A model generated the notes under the pieces. The model searched no databases. It was not told the origin of the DNA and saw only the letters and a program-made list of their open reading frames with translations. From the IMG/VR virus record IMGVR_UViG_3300009545_000004, positions 5,560 through 69,559 of that record: DNA of 64,000 bases. The stretch is one strand, 5' to 3'. The stretch is from a virus. Below, in pieces: positions 17,927 through 27,349 of this stretch (position 1 is its first letter; each line of letters starts with the position of its first letter). Both the position numbers and the translations under genes were made by a program.

Positions 17927-18228
17927 GCTGCTTCCACCTCCTTTCCTGGCTTGTCTGTTCGTCGATAGGCGAAATGCGGCTTGATGGTGCGAAGAATGAA
18001 ACTGCCCTTGGACTTCGCGACGTTGAGTTCCTTGAACGTGGCGGGCGGCACGCCGAGGTAGAAATAGGTGTACTGCTCGTGGCTGCTGGCGAACTCCACA
18101 GCCAGCACGCTGTTCGCCTCGTCGTAGCCGTAGCCATGGAGCTGGCTGGAATCGGGCGTCAAACTGAGGGCGATAAGCGGCGCCTTCCTGAGAAATTCGG
18201 TCCTTTGCTCCTTAGATTGTGTCGTCAT
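17923..18228 (-). CDS. KTSC-domain protein
   Basis: SSQLHGYGYD...LAVEF...YFYLGVP...SKGSF. Confidence 0.85.
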   Translation of the reverse strand: MTTQSKEQRTEFLRKAPLIALSLTPDSSQLHGYGYDEANSVLAVEFASSHEQYTYFYLGVPPATFKELNVAKSKGSFILRTIKPHFAYRRTDKPGKEVEAA

Positions 18229-18303
18229 TTTCGGTCCTTCAAGTTAAGAGAATAGGAGGAGTTTTGTGTCACACAAAGAGTCTTTTGTTGTCTTTAGCTC
18301 TCC

Positions 18304-18561
18304 TCAAGGTTTGTCGGCGGCGGCGGACACCTGGTAGGGCATCCAGCCGCATTCGCCGGGCTCAGCCTGGCGGTCCTGCGCCAGCGTGATCTCTTGTTTC
18401 GGTGGCTGGGGCCAGCCCAGCTCATCGGTTACGCTCACGGTGATGCAGTCGTCGCCGTATACGTGGGCAATACCGGCGTCCCAGGGCTGGTCGTGGGCGA
18501 AGGACTTCTCAGAGCTGAGTGGCCAGTACCAGACGCGCCGGCCTACGGTGGGTTTGATCAT
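18304..18561 (-). CDS. Phage hypothetical protein
   Basis: MIKPTVGRRVWYWP...WMPYQ. Confidence 0.7.
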   Translation of the reverse strand: MIKPTVGRRVWYWPLSSEKSFAHDQPWDAGIAHVYGDDCITVSVTDELGWPQPPKQEITLAQDRQAEPGECGWMPYQVSAAADKP

Positions 18562-19319
18562 GTTGGTGCTCCAGTGGAGTGACGCACCTCAGGGGGAGCG
18601 TCAGAGCCTTTTCCGCCCTTGGACTTCTTCATGGCCGAGGACATGCGCGACTTCAGCGTGTGCACCTTGGCCTTCTTGGGTTCGGGCGGCGGGTCGGCCG
18701 GGGCTTCGCCGTGCTGGCCCGCGAAGATGTCGCCGGCATCCGGGCCGGGGCCGGCTTCGGACTTCGCCTTGGCGATGGCTGTGGCGGCTTCCTGCTCCAT
18801 CTGACGGAGCTGTTCGGCGGTCGGCGGGATGAGCTTGCCCTTGATGGTGTGGCGCACCAGCGTGCCGAGCACGCCGAGCGTGTGCTCATCGACGCCCGAG
18901 GCATGGATGCGATAGCGCAGCTCGATGGTGCCGCCCGGGACCAGCTTGACGATCTTGAACTCGTCGAGCTTGCACTCGATCAGGTGGATGTTCGAGTCGC
19001 CGCCGATGCCGTAGTCCACCTCCAGGCGATAGCCCTGGTACTCGGTCTTCAGCACGATCGGCACGCCGATGTCGGACTCGCGCACCTCGGTCATGTCGGT
19101 GACCGGCGCCACGCCGTCGAGTTCGGGGTGCACGTCGGGATGGCCCGAGCGCTTGAACAGCAGGCCCTTCAACGCGGGGTTGATCAGCATCAGCAGCTCG
19201 TTCGAGCAGTCCTGGCTGACATGGACCGTGCAGGCCGGCACGAGGTCTTTGCCGTGCGATTCCGAGCGCGGCTGGAACTGCCGCACGAGTAGGTCGTGGA
19301 ACGTGGTGAGGGCGAACAT
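18558..19319 (-). CDS. Phage hypothetical protein
   Basis: 253-aa ORF with phage codon usage, coupled to next gene. Confidence 0.7.
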   Translation of the reverse strand: MFALTTFHDLLVRQFQPRSESHGKDLVPACTVHVSQDCSNELLMLINPALKGLLFKRSGHPDVHPELDGVAPVTDMTEVRESDIGVPIVLKTEYQGYRLEVDYGIGGDSNIHLIECKLDEFKIVKLVPGGTIELRYRIHASGVDEHTLGVLGTLVRHTIKGKLIPPTAEQLRQMEQEAATAIAKAKSEAGPGPDAGDIFAGQHGEAPADPPPEPKKAKVHTLKSRMSSAMKKSKGGKGSDAPPEVRHSTGAPT

Positions 19320-19346
19320 TGAGAGCCTTCCAAGGGGATGCGCGGC

Positions 19347-19793
19347 CTAGAGGTCGCGCGGGTTGACGGGGAGCATGACCCCTTGCTCAGACGCCGCGTA
19401 GGCGGCGGCCTGATTCAGATACAGCGTCATTTCTTCGACGCTCAGGTCACTCGTCGACATCTCCAGCCGGCGCTCGCCGTTGGGCAGCATCAGCCACTTG
19501 TCGATGCCCTTGGCGCACGTCTCGGGCAGGAAGAGTTCCTTGAGCAACTCGTTCCAGACTTCCGCCTTGAAGCGCGTGCCGCCGACGCTTGCCTGCATCG
19601 CGAGCGGCTCCAGGATGCCCACCCACATGAAGGCGTTCTGTTCGGCGCTGCGCGTGGCCTTATAGTGACTGACGACGGCCTGCAGCGGGCGCTCGTGCTC
19701 GGCCGCGTCCTTCATGTTTGTGCGCATGAACTCGACGAAGCGCACCCAGTCGGAGTGCTCCCGGAATATCCACTTGCGCACCGACTGGCTCAT
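19347..19793 (-). CDS. ninB: NinB/Orf recombination protein
   Basis: RSAEQNAFMW...STSDLSVEEMTLYL..A...GV. Confidence 0.85.
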   Translation of the reverse strand: MSQSVRKWIFREHSDWVRFVEFMRTNMKDAAEHERPLQAVVSHYKATRSAEQNAFMWVGILEPLAMQASVGGTRFKAEVWNELLKELFLPETCAKGIDKWLMLPNGERRLEMSTSDLSVEEMTLYLNQAAAYAASEQGVMLPVNPRDL

Positions 19794-20152
19794 GAGATGA
19801 GCCCCAGTGAGCGTAAGAGCGCGGCCAGTTCGCGATCGAACTGCGCCAGGTCGATCAGGCGTTGGCGCGTCTCACGGCCGGCCTGCTGTTCGAGCGCGCG
19901 GCGCTCGTCGCGCGTGAAGACGCCACCGGCGCCCACGCGGTCGTGGCAACCAGCCACGCCGGGCTGCGTAGCGCAAAGGGGAAAGCACGTCGTGTCATCC
20001 GACTTGATGCCTTCTCCCTTGCCCTCGTCAGCGTGGGCCGCCTGGGAGCGACCCACGGCGCTGCAGAGCCAGCACGGTAGCAGCGCCACATAGCGGCGGT
20101 ACTCCGGACTGCGCACGGCCTGCGCCTTCAAGAAAGTGCGATGCTCGGCCAT
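19790..20152 (-). CDS. DUF968/YbcO-like zinc-binding HNH-like protein
   Basis: VALLPCWLC...QAAH...GKG.GIKSDD..FPLC...CH. Confidence 0.7.
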   Translation of the reverse strand: MAEHRTFLKAQAVRSPEYRRYVALLPCWLCSAVGRSQAAHADEGKGEGIKSDDTTCFPLCATQPGVAGCHDRVGAGGVFTRDERRALEQQAGRETRQRLIDLAQFDRELAALLRSLGLIS

Positions 20153-20162
20153 CGCTCAACCT

Positions 20163-20915
20163 TCAGCGGATCGTCAGGCCGGTCTTCGGGAAGACCTTGA
20201 TGCCGGGCAGCTTGGTGAGCAGGCCCATCATCTTGATGAAACCCTTCATCGGCTTGTCGTCGATCGCGACCAGTACCACCAAGTCGGGGCGCTCGTTGAC
20301 GATGAACTTCAGCAGCGCGAGCTTGTCTTCGACTTCGTAGTCGAGGGTCTTGGGCGTGCTGACGCCCTTGCCGCGGGAGGGCGCCGTGAAAGCCGGCTGC
20401 GCGATGACGACCGCCGCGGTTTGCTCGAGCGCCGATGCTTGCTCTTCGACGCGCGCTGCAGACTCGGGGTCCATCGCGGCGGCTTGCTCGCGCAGCTTCA
20501 TGGCCTCGGCCTGGGCGCGCTCGCGCTCGGCGGCGGCGGCCTTCTCAGCCAGCGCCACGGCCTCGGCCTGGAGCGCGGCCTGCCGATCCAGGAAGCCGGT
20601 CATCTTGGCCTTGATGATCGTCTCGGCGGCCTTGAGCGTCTTCAGGTGCGGCTGGAAGCGCCCGTTGATCTTGTCGAGAATCAGGTTCAACGGCACGGTG
20701 AACGAGGTGCGGTCATCCTCCATCGCCTGCCAGGCGGCCTTGAGGTCCTTCACCTCGTCGAGGGCCATGTCGTAATCCATCTGCGACTCGACGACCATCG
20801 ACTCGACGAGCGTCAGGCAGGCATTGGCCTTGCGCGCGTTGGCCGCGTCCGTGGGCAGCGGCTTCCCGAGGGCCGTGCCGATGTCGGCACTGACCAGTTC
20901 AACTACGGCGTTCAT
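20163..20915 (-). CDS. Coiled-coil protein in recombination cluster
   Basis: Ala/Glu-rich helix, C-terminal LPGIKVF. Confidence 0.7.
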   Translation of the reverse strand: MNAVVELVSADIGTALGKPLPTDAANARKANACLTLVESMVVESQMDYDMALDEVKDLKAAWQAMEDDRTSFTVPLNLILDKINGRFQPHLKTLKAAETIIKAKMTGFLDRQAALQAEAVALAEKAAAAERERAQAEAMKLREQAAAMDPESAARVEEQASALEQTAAVVIAQPAFTAPSRGKGVSTPKTLDYEVEDKLALLKFIVNERPDLVVLVAIDDKPMKGFIKMMGLLTKLPGIKVFPKTGLTIR

Positions 20916-21541
20916 AGAGCGTTTCTTTCTTTCCAGGTACGGAGGGTGAGCAGGGACATGAAGACGGGCCAGTCTTGCGGGCTGGCCCATTCGAGGAGGC
21001 GATAGGTGCCGTCGGCGCGAAGCTGGCAGGTGAAGCGGCGGCGGCCTTCCTTGCCGGCGGCCTTGTCGTAGGCGATCGTCTGCACGCCCCACACGGGATG
21101 CGAGTCGACGGCCGTCTTGATGTCGACCTGGCAGTCCGCCACGCGCTCGCCTCTGAGCGTGATGTCGCCCCGGCGATCAGGCGTGCCGGCGTACAGCAGC
21201 ACCGGGTGGGCGATCGGTACCTCGATGGCCGTCCACTCGGGATCGGTGTCGAGCGTGAAGCGCGACCACGCCTTGAGGTAGCCGCGCGTCTGCTCGTCGA
21301 GCGAGCTGATGTCGAGGTCGCCCTCGTCGAAGTAGTGCGTCGCCGAGTGCACATGGGTGCCGCGCTCGCGCGCCGCTTCAAGCACCTCGTGCGAGACGCC
21401 CGCGAAGCTGTGCAGGCCGCTCAGCAGTTGCGTGACGCTCGGCAGCACCTTGCCGCGATAGACGTACTTGTGCGCCTCTTCGTCGAAGGTCAGTTCGGCG
21501 GGATCGAAGACCGCGGGAACGGCCCGCAGTACCGCGCTCAT
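20912..21541 (-). CDS. PD-(D/E)xK exonuclease
   Basis: PSVTQLL, RGTHVH, YAGTPDR, DIKT, QTIAY. Confidence 0.8.
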   Translation of the reverse strand: MSAVLRAVPAVFDPAELTFDEEAHKYVYRGKVLPSVTQLLSGLHSFAGVSHEVLEAARERGTHVHSATHYFDEGDLDISSLDEQTRGYLKAWSRFTLDTDPEWTAIEVPIAHPVLLYAGTPDRRGDITLRGERVADCQVDIKTAVDSHPVWGVQTIAYDKAAGKEGRRRFTCQLRADGTYRLLEWASPQDWPVFMSLLTLRTWKERNAL

Positions 21542-22365
21542 GTCATCGCCTTTGTTGCGCGATCCAGCTCAGCCTTGACGGCCTTCCACTCGTCGAGCGA
21601 CATGCTGGCGTCGAAGCGCTCGATGCCGAGGCGCGCCAGCATCGCGTCAACCGCGCTCTCGGGCATTTCGAGGGCGGTGATCTTGGCGCGCAGATTGTTG
21701 AACTGGCCGGCGCTGATGCCCACGGCGGCCGGGCCTGCGGCGGGTGCGGGCGTTGCCGCTGGTGCGGGAGCTGCAGCGGGAGCCGGCGCGGCGCTGCGGC
21801 GCACAGGCGCCTTCTTTGCCGCCGGGTAGTCGCGGCGATCGTCGGTGTCGCCATACCCGGGCTTGTTCGGGTCGTCGTTCAGGTCGTCATCGGAGGCGAG
21901 CGACAGCATCGCGTTGACCATGTAGCGGCGCACGAAGGTCAGCGAGCCGCCGAACTCCTTCAGCTCGTCAGTCGGGTTTGGCGCCTTCAGGGTCGACAGC
22001 AGCACGCCGCCATCCTTGTGCAGCAGCGCGGTCACGAGCCAGGCCTGGCCGAGGCCATCGGTGATGACCGGCTGCACGAGCCCGAGGCCCTGGGCGCGCA
22101 GCACGGGCTTCACCTTGTCGAGGATTTGCTCCAGCTCGGCGTATTGAAAACTGTAGGCGGACTTCGAGGTGTCGCGCGGCCGGATCGTGGCCGTCTTGTC
22201 CTTCACGATCTTGGGGAAGTCGCACATCGATACCGCGACGTAGAGCGCCGGCATCGAGGTCGGCGTGGTGCACATCAAGCCGTGCAGCGCAAGCGCGTCG
22301 TACATCGCCTTGGAGCCGCGGTCGGTCGCCGTGTCGAGGGCTTGCTGGGTGAGGCCGTCAGTCAT
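21538..22365 (-). CDS. erf: ERF-family ssDNA-annealing protein
   Basis: YSFQYAELEQI..VKPVL..GL...GGSLTFVRRY...DDD. Confidence 0.88.
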   Translation of the reverse strand: MTDGLTQQALDTATDRGSKAMYDALALHGLMCTTPTSMPALYVAVSMCDFPKIVKDKTATIRPRDTSKSAYSFQYAELEQILDKVKPVLRAQGLGLVQPVITDGLGQAWLVTALLHKDGGVLLSTLKAPNPTDELKEFGGSLTFVRRYMVNAMLSLASDDDLNDDPNKPGYGDTDDRRDYPAAKKAPVRRSAAPAPAAAPAPAATPAPAAGPAAVGISAGQFNNLRAKITALEMPESAVDAMLARLGIERFDASMSLDEWKAVKAELDRATKAMT

Positions 22366-22519
22366 TGCAGTCTTTCGGTGCGGCGGTGCTGGCGCCGGAT
22401 TTCTGGATTTCGTCGCTGGTATCGAGGTCAGTCTGACTCTCCTGTGACTCCCGGGGACTACCTTGCGGCAGACCGAGGGACTGCAGGATTTCCGTGAACA
22501 GAGGGTGTAGGGTTGGCAT
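22358..22519 (-). CDS. Small first gene of leftward early operon
   Basis: AGGAG RBS before MPTLHPLF. Confidence 0.55.
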   Translation of the reverse strand: MPTLHPLFTEILQSLGLPQGSPRESQESQTDLDTSDEIQKSGASTAAPKDCND

Positions 22520-22534
22520 AACGCTCCTGGTTGA

Positions 22535-22793
22535 GAGTGGAGTAGTTATGGTGGCGTCTATGCTGCTGCACCGCAATGGAAAAGGCAAGGGCCCACCCAA
22601 TTGAAGGGGTATTTGGTCACGCTTCGCCCAATTAGTGGAGTCGGAAATGGTCCACTGTTCGCACCTACTCCACTCGAAGATCAGCATTAACACCCACTTG
22701 AATCGCCAGCGTCCCTCGTCTAAGGAGTAGGTGCTTGACGAAGCGTGAACCCCGGCGCGGTTCGCGCGACCCGTTTCCGAAAGAGTGGAGTAG
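22535..22793. promoter_or_regulatory. Divergent early control region with AGTGGAGTAG/CTACTCCACT motif copies
   Basis: Copies at 22535-45, 22634-43 (variant), 22665-75 (inverted), 22724-30 (partial), 22783-93. Confidence 0.7.
22617..22748. ncRNA. Putative three-stem structured RNA in the immunity region
   Basis: Closing stem TCACGCTTCG/CGAAGCGTGA; inner stems AGTGGA/TCCACT and GCACCTACTCC/GGAGTAGGTGC. Confidence 0.45.
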
Positions 22794-22803
22794 AGAAATC
22801 TTC

Positions 22804-22832
22804 TTGATAGGGTTTTTTGCGCTCGGCACACT
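22804..22832 (+). promoter_or_regulatory. Sigma70-like rightward promoter for cro
   Basis: TTGATA-17-CACACT, 7 nt before the cro ATG (possibly leaderless mRNA). Confidence 0.55.
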
Positions 22833-22839
22833 GCCGCGC

Positions 22840-23094
22840 ATGGACACCAAAACCGCTATTGCAAAAGCTGGCGGTCGTGAGCGCTTAGCTCTTCTGCTCG
22901 AAGTCTCGGCAGTCACGACATATGCCTGGAAAGTCGAGTTGCCACGCAAGCACGAGCGCTTCCTGCGATTGAAACGCCCGGACTGGTTTCAGGGTGAGCC
23001 GCCGTTGCGGCCCGCCCCCAAGACGCTCTCGCCGCAGCAGCGACAGCGCCTCAAGCAAGGCCTCGGCCTGATGCAGCCCGCCGGGGTGGCGTGA
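22840..23094 (+). CDS. cro: Cro-like HTH protein
   Basis: AIAKAGGRERLALLLEVSAVTTYAW...RPDWF. Confidence 0.75.
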   Translation: MDTKTAIAKAGGRERLALLLEVSAVTTYAWKVELPRKHERFLRLKRPDWFQGEPPLRPAPKTLSPQQRQRLKQGLGLMQPAGVA

Positions 23095-23200
23095 TGCCCC
23101 CCGGGGAGCTGGCCGAGCGCCCCACGGCGCGGGTCTACGACATGCGGGTCTTCGCCGACCGCCTGGACTACGGGCGCGCCGACGAGGTGATCGTGCGGCG

Positions 23201-24328
23201 ATGGCTGAACCGCAAGGGGCATTGGGTGACAGCATGAAGGCCGACACTGAGCCGCCCAGCAAGGGCAAGGCCCCGAGCCGCTATCGCAAGGTGGAGGTGC
23301 GCACCTGGGGTGACGAGAAATTCCGCAGGCTCTCCGCGCTGCCGCCGTCCGGGAAAGGCTTGTGGCTGTACCTGATCACCGGCCCGCACACCGGCCCGAT
23401 ACCCGGGCTCTTTCGGGCCAGCCGCGCCGCGATGGCCGAAGAGCTGGGATGGACGACGGAACAGTTCGGGGAACGGTTTGCGGAACTGTTTCGAGAGGGT
23501 ATGGCAACGGCCGATTTCGAGGCCCGCGTGATGTGGATTCCGCAGGCCATCAAGCACAACCGGCCGGACAACCCGAACGTCGTCAAGAGCTGGGCCGCGG
23601 AGTTCGACTTGATCCCCGAGAGCGCCCTCAAGGTGGAAGCCTGGAATGCCCTGAGAGCCAGTGTTTACGCGCTTGGTGAGCAATTCGGCAAGGCGTTCGA
23701 CGACAGTTTGCCGAACCCTTCGTTCAACGGTTCGACGAACGGTTCGGCAAACGGTTTCGGCAACGGTAGGCCAAACCAGGAACAGCAACAGCAACAGCAA
23801 CCCAAAGAACAGGCGCCGTTGGCGCCCGTATCGTCCGCTGACGCGGACTCGTCATCGGCTACGCCGACGACCGATCCGCCGACCGAAGACTTGGAAAGCG
23901 GACAGCCTCAACTCCCGTCGATACCTCCATCGCAGAGGGTCAAAGCCAAGAAGCCGCGCGCGACGCCAACCATCCCGTGTCCCTACGCCGCGATCTACGG
24001 TGCGTATCACGAGCTGCTGCCCGATCTGCCGCGCGTGCGCCTCATGGACAACGACCGGCGCCACGCGGCGATGCGCAAGGTGTGGGGCTGGGTGCTGTCG
24101 AGCAAGAAGACTGACGGCACGCCCCGCGCGAGCAACGCCGACGAGGGCATCCAGTGGTTCCGTGAGTTCTTCGAGCGCGCCTCGCACAACGATTTCCTGA
24201 TGGGCCGCACCAAGCGACCCGAGTCGCACGCCAACTGGTTCTGCGACTTCGATTTCCTGCTGACCGATCGCGGCATCAAGCACGTGATCGAGCGCACCGA
24301 CCCCCACCCGAGAGGACACGCAGCATGA
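23201..24328 (+). CDS. Phage replication initiator
   Basis: N-terminal WGDEKFRRLS..LWLYL..GLF, internal iterons, C-terminal DFDFLL; precedes DnaB. Confidence 0.8.
   Translation: MAEPQGALGDSMKADTEPPSKGKAPSRYRKVEVRTWGDEKFRRLSALPPSGKGLWLYLITGPHTGPIPGLFRASRAAMAEELGWTTEQFGERFAELFREGMATADFEARVMWIPQAIKHNRPDNPNVVKSWAAEFDLIPESALKVEAWNALRASVYALGEQFGKAFDDSLPNPSFNGSTNGSANGFGNGRPNQEQQQQQQPKEQAPLAPVSSADADSSSATPTTDPPTEDLESGQPQLPSIPPSQRVKAKKPRATPTIPCPYAAIYGAYHELLPDLPRVRLMDNDRRHAAMRKVWGWVLSSKKTDGTPRASNADEGIQWFREFFERASHNDFLMGRTKRPESHANWFCDFDFLLTDRGIKHVIERTDPHPRGHAA
23702..23767 (+). repeat. Iteron-like AACGGTT(C)G repeats, putative origin
   Basis: 12-bp periodic repeats; related copies at ~23459-23493. Confidence 0.6.
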
Positions 24329-24531
24329 TGAGTTTCACGCCCGACATCGGCACAACGAAGGCGGCACAGGAGTTGCCGAGCCTGGCCTGGCTCGACGACG
24401 CCGCGGCGCCGCTCGACATCGCGCCGCCGCCCTCGGCCCTGCGCGAGTGCGCCGCATCGGCCGCGCTCGCCGTCGCGATCTTTGCGACCTGGACGCTGTG
24501 CATGTGGATCACGTCGGGAGCGCAGCCATGA
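24325..24531 (+). CDS. Small membrane protein
   Basis: C-terminal TM; ATGA overlaps on both sides. Confidence 0.55.
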   Translation: MMSFTPDIGTTKAAQELPSLAWLDDAAAPLDIAPPPSALRECAASAALAVAIFATWTLCMWITSGAQP

Positions 24532-25898
24532 TTGACCCCGAGCTGCTGCCCTGGAGCGAATCGGCCGAGCAGTCCGTGCTCGGCGCGCTGCTGCTCGACA
24601 ACGAGGCCTGGGATCGGGTGGCCGACATCCTCGAAGTGCGCAGCTTCTTCGCGCACAAGCACGGCGCGATCTACGCGGCGATCGGCATGCTGGTCAACGC
24701 CTGCAAGGTCGCCGACGTGATCACGGTCTTCGAGCGCCTGCGCGACGCCGGCAAGGACGAGGACGTGGGCGGCCTGAAGTACCTCAACCAGCTCGCGCAG
24801 AGCGTGCCGAGTGCGGCCAATGCGCGGCGTCACGCCGAAATCATCGCCGAGCGCTACACCGACCGCGCGTTGCGGCAGACGGCCGACGAAGCGCTGGCGA
24901 TAGCCCTCGGCAAGGGCGAGGCGCAGCAGCGCCTCTCGGCCATCATCGCGAGCTTCGACAAGCTGGAGCGCCGCGCCGTGCGCTCGATGCCGATCGGCCT
25001 AGAGACGGTGATGGTGCGCCGGCTCGACGCGCTGACCGACATGGCGACGCGCGGCGATGAGCCGCAGTGCTGGTCGACTGGCTTCGAGGAACTCGACACG
25101 GTGCTGCTCGGCGGTTTGTACCCGGGGCGGGTCTACCTGGTCGCAGGCCGGCCCTCGGTCGGCAAGAGCGCCTGGGCGCACTGGGTGGCGCTCAATGCGG
25201 CGATCGAGCAAGGCGCCGTGTGCGAGTACCTGTCGCAGGAGATGCCGGCCGACGAACTCGGCGATCGTTCGCTCGCGATGGTCGGCAGGATCGAGTACGA
25301 GCGCATCCAGCTCGGCCGGCTCGACAACGACGACTGGCGCGACCTTTCGAACGCGTTCGACACGTGCTCGAAGGCACCCTTCATGGTCGACGATCAGCCG
25401 GCCCTGCGCAGTAACGACATCCGCGTCAAGGCGCGGTTCGTGAAGGGGCTGAACATCCTGGTCATCGACTATGTGCAGCTCTGCCAGGGCGCCGAGGAAG
25501 GCGAGCCGAATCGCAATGCCGAGCTGGAGGTCATCAGCCGGGCGATCAAGACGCTCGCGAAGACCATGAACGTCGCGGTGCTGGTGCTGTCGCAGCTCGC
25601 GCGCCGCGTCGAGGAGCGCGCCAACAAGCGCGCCATCCCGAGCGATCTGAAGGACTGCGGCGGCCTGGAGCAGGACGCCGACGTGATCCTGTCGCTGTTC
25701 CCGATCCAGCTCAATCGCGGGGACGGCTATAGCCTGATCGGCTGCGACGTGCTGAAGAACCGCCAGGGCAGGAAAGGGCAGTCCATCGCGCTGGAGTTCC
25801 ACGAGCACCGCCTCGGCTGGAAGCAGAGCCAGTACAAGGTCGCCGAACTGCTCAAGCCGACCGCGACCGAGCGGCGCGGCTCAGCCAAAGAGCTGTGA
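24528..25898 (+). CDS. dnaB: DnaB-like replicative helicase
   Basis: AEQSVLGALL, AGRPSVGKS, VIDYVQL, LSQLAR, LEQDAD, KNRQG. Confidence 0.95.
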   Translation: MIDPELLPWSESAEQSVLGALLLDNEAWDRVADILEVRSFFAHKHGAIYAAIGMLVNACKVADVITVFERLRDAGKDEDVGGLKYLNQLAQSVPSAANARRHAEIIAERYTDRALRQTADEALAIALGKGEAQQRLSAIIASFDKLERRAVRSMPIGLETVMVRRLDALTDMATRGDEPQCWSTGFEELDTVLLGGLYPGRVYLVAGRPSVGKSAWAHWVALNAAIEQGAVCEYLSQEMPADELGDRSLAMVGRIEYERIQLGRLDNDDWRDLSNAFDTCSKAPFMVDDQPALRSNDIRVKARFVKGLNILVIDYVQLCQGAEEGEPNRNAELEVISRAIKTLAKTMNVAVLVLSQLARRVEERANKRAIPSDLKDCGGLEQDADVILSLFPIQLNRGDGYSLIGCDVLKNRQGRKGQSIALEFHEHRLGWKQSQYKVAELLKPTATERRGSAKEL

Positions 25899-26596
25899 TG
25901 GCGATGACAGCCGAAGCCTTCCGGCGCATGCAGCTCGCGGCGAAGGAGTTGCTTCGGCTGCAGGCGCGCGGGCACGATGTGGACCCGCTGAGCTGCGAGT
26001 GGGCGCGCTCGATCAGCAAGCAGGTGTGGAACGCGCCGCCGCCACAGAAGGCCTACCGCCAGGATCGCATCTACGAGGCGATGCAGGCGCATGGCTCGAT
26101 GGGCATGCTGGCCTCGGAGATTGCCGAGCGCTCGGGCCTGACGCCACGCATGTGCGCGCAAGCGCTCTGTTATATGGTGCAGCACGAGCAGCTCTACATG
26201 GTGAAGGTGCAGAGCCGCTCGCGCTACTTCCTGACGGCCGCGCTGATGGTGGCCGGCCGCGCGCTCATCGAGGCCGAGGAGGAGGCCAGAAAGGCGGCGA
26301 AGAAGGTGCGCCGCCGCCGCCGGCTGCCCGCCGAGCCCAAGTCCGTGAAGGCCAAGCCAGTGAAGCACGCGCGCCCGAAGGTCGCCGCGCCGCGCCGCGC
26401 CGCGCGCAAGGCTGCGATGCTGATCAACCCGCGCGATCAGGGTGTGCTGACGGCTGACATGCTGCCGGCGAACGTGCGCATCGAGGTGTTGCCGGGCCCG
26501 AGGGATCGCTTCGAGGTGGTGCCGCCGGTGCGCGGCATCGGCGCCATGGCCGACTGGAAGAAGCGGCTGCGCGCCCGCGTGAAGGCCAAGGGATGA
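25895..26596 (+). CDS. Basic HTH-containing hypothetical
   Basis: LASEIAERSGL wHTH-like segment; coupled ORF. Confidence 0.55.
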   Translation: MMAMTAEAFRRMQLAAKELLRLQARGHDVDPLSCEWARSISKQVWNAPPPQKAYRQDRIYEAMQAHGSMGMLASEIAERSGLTPRMCAQALCYMVQHEQLYMVKVQSRSRYFLTAALMVAGRALIEAEEEARKAAKKVRRRRRLPAEPKSVKAKPVKHARPKVAAPRRAARKAAMLINPRDQGVLTADMLPANVRIEVLPGPRDRFEVVPPVRGIGAMADWKKRLRARVKAKG

Positions 26597-27069
26597 ACAT
26601 CTCGGGGCTGGTGCTGCCGTATCCGGTTTCGGCGAATCGCTACTGGGCCACGCGCTGCTACCGCGTCAAGGGCACACGCAACACGTGGCGGTCGATGACC
26701 TACGTCACCAAGGAGGCCGAGGCCTATCGCGAGCAGGTGAAGGCGATCGTGCGCGCCTACGGCGTGACGACTCCGATCGAGGGCCGCGTCACGGTCGGCA
26801 TCCGCCTCTACCCGCATCGACCGCTCGACTGGAAGCTGCGCATGCGCAAGTACGGCGACTGCTGGGACGACACGGTGCAGTGCATCGACGCCGGCAACTG
26901 CGAGAAGGTCATGAGCGACGCGCTGCAGGGCGTGGCGATCAGCAACGACGCGCTGTTCCGCAAGCTCGTCATCGAGCGCATGGAGCCCGATGGCGGTGGC
27001 AAGCGCCTCGTGCTGTGGGTGGAGGCGATTGCGCCTCGGGTCTACCAACAAGAACTGCTGGAGGCGTGA
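26593..27069 (+). CDS. rusA: RusA Holliday junction resolvase
   Basis: LPYPVSANRYW, IDAGNCEKVMSDALQG..ND. Confidence 0.88.
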   Translation: MNISGLVLPYPVSANRYWATRCYRVKGTRNTWRSMTYVTKEAEAYREQVKAIVRAYGVTTPIEGRVTVGIRLYPHRPLDWKLRMRKYGDCWDDTVQCIDAGNCEKVMSDALQGVAISNDALFRKLVIERMEPDGGGKRLVLWVEAIAPRVYQQELLEA

Positions 27070-27278
27070 TGCAGACGGGCCAGATGGTGAAGCTGTGCGA
27101 CGGCCGCGAGGTGCCGAGCAGTTCGCCGGAATTTGCGATGGAGTGCCTCGCCCGCTGGGTGATGCGCATGGAGCCCGCCAAGCGCAAGGCCTGGATGGCC
27201 GGCTGTAGCGAACAGATGCAGAGCCGAGTGAGCACCGAAATCACGCGCATCAAGCAGAGTCACCCCGCGAATGAGTGA
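27069..27278 (+). CDS. Small phage hypothetical
   Basis: DGREVPSSSPE..ECLAR; TGATG overlap. Confidence 0.6.
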   Translation: MQTGQMVKLCDGREVPSSSPEFAMECLARWVMRMEPAKRKAWMAGCSEQMQSRVSTEITRIKQSHPANE

Positions 27279-27349
27279 AAAAAGTACTCCATACGGTGCA
27301 TTGTGTAAGAACACAATAACTACTCCACTAACTAGGAGCTTCAAAGCCC

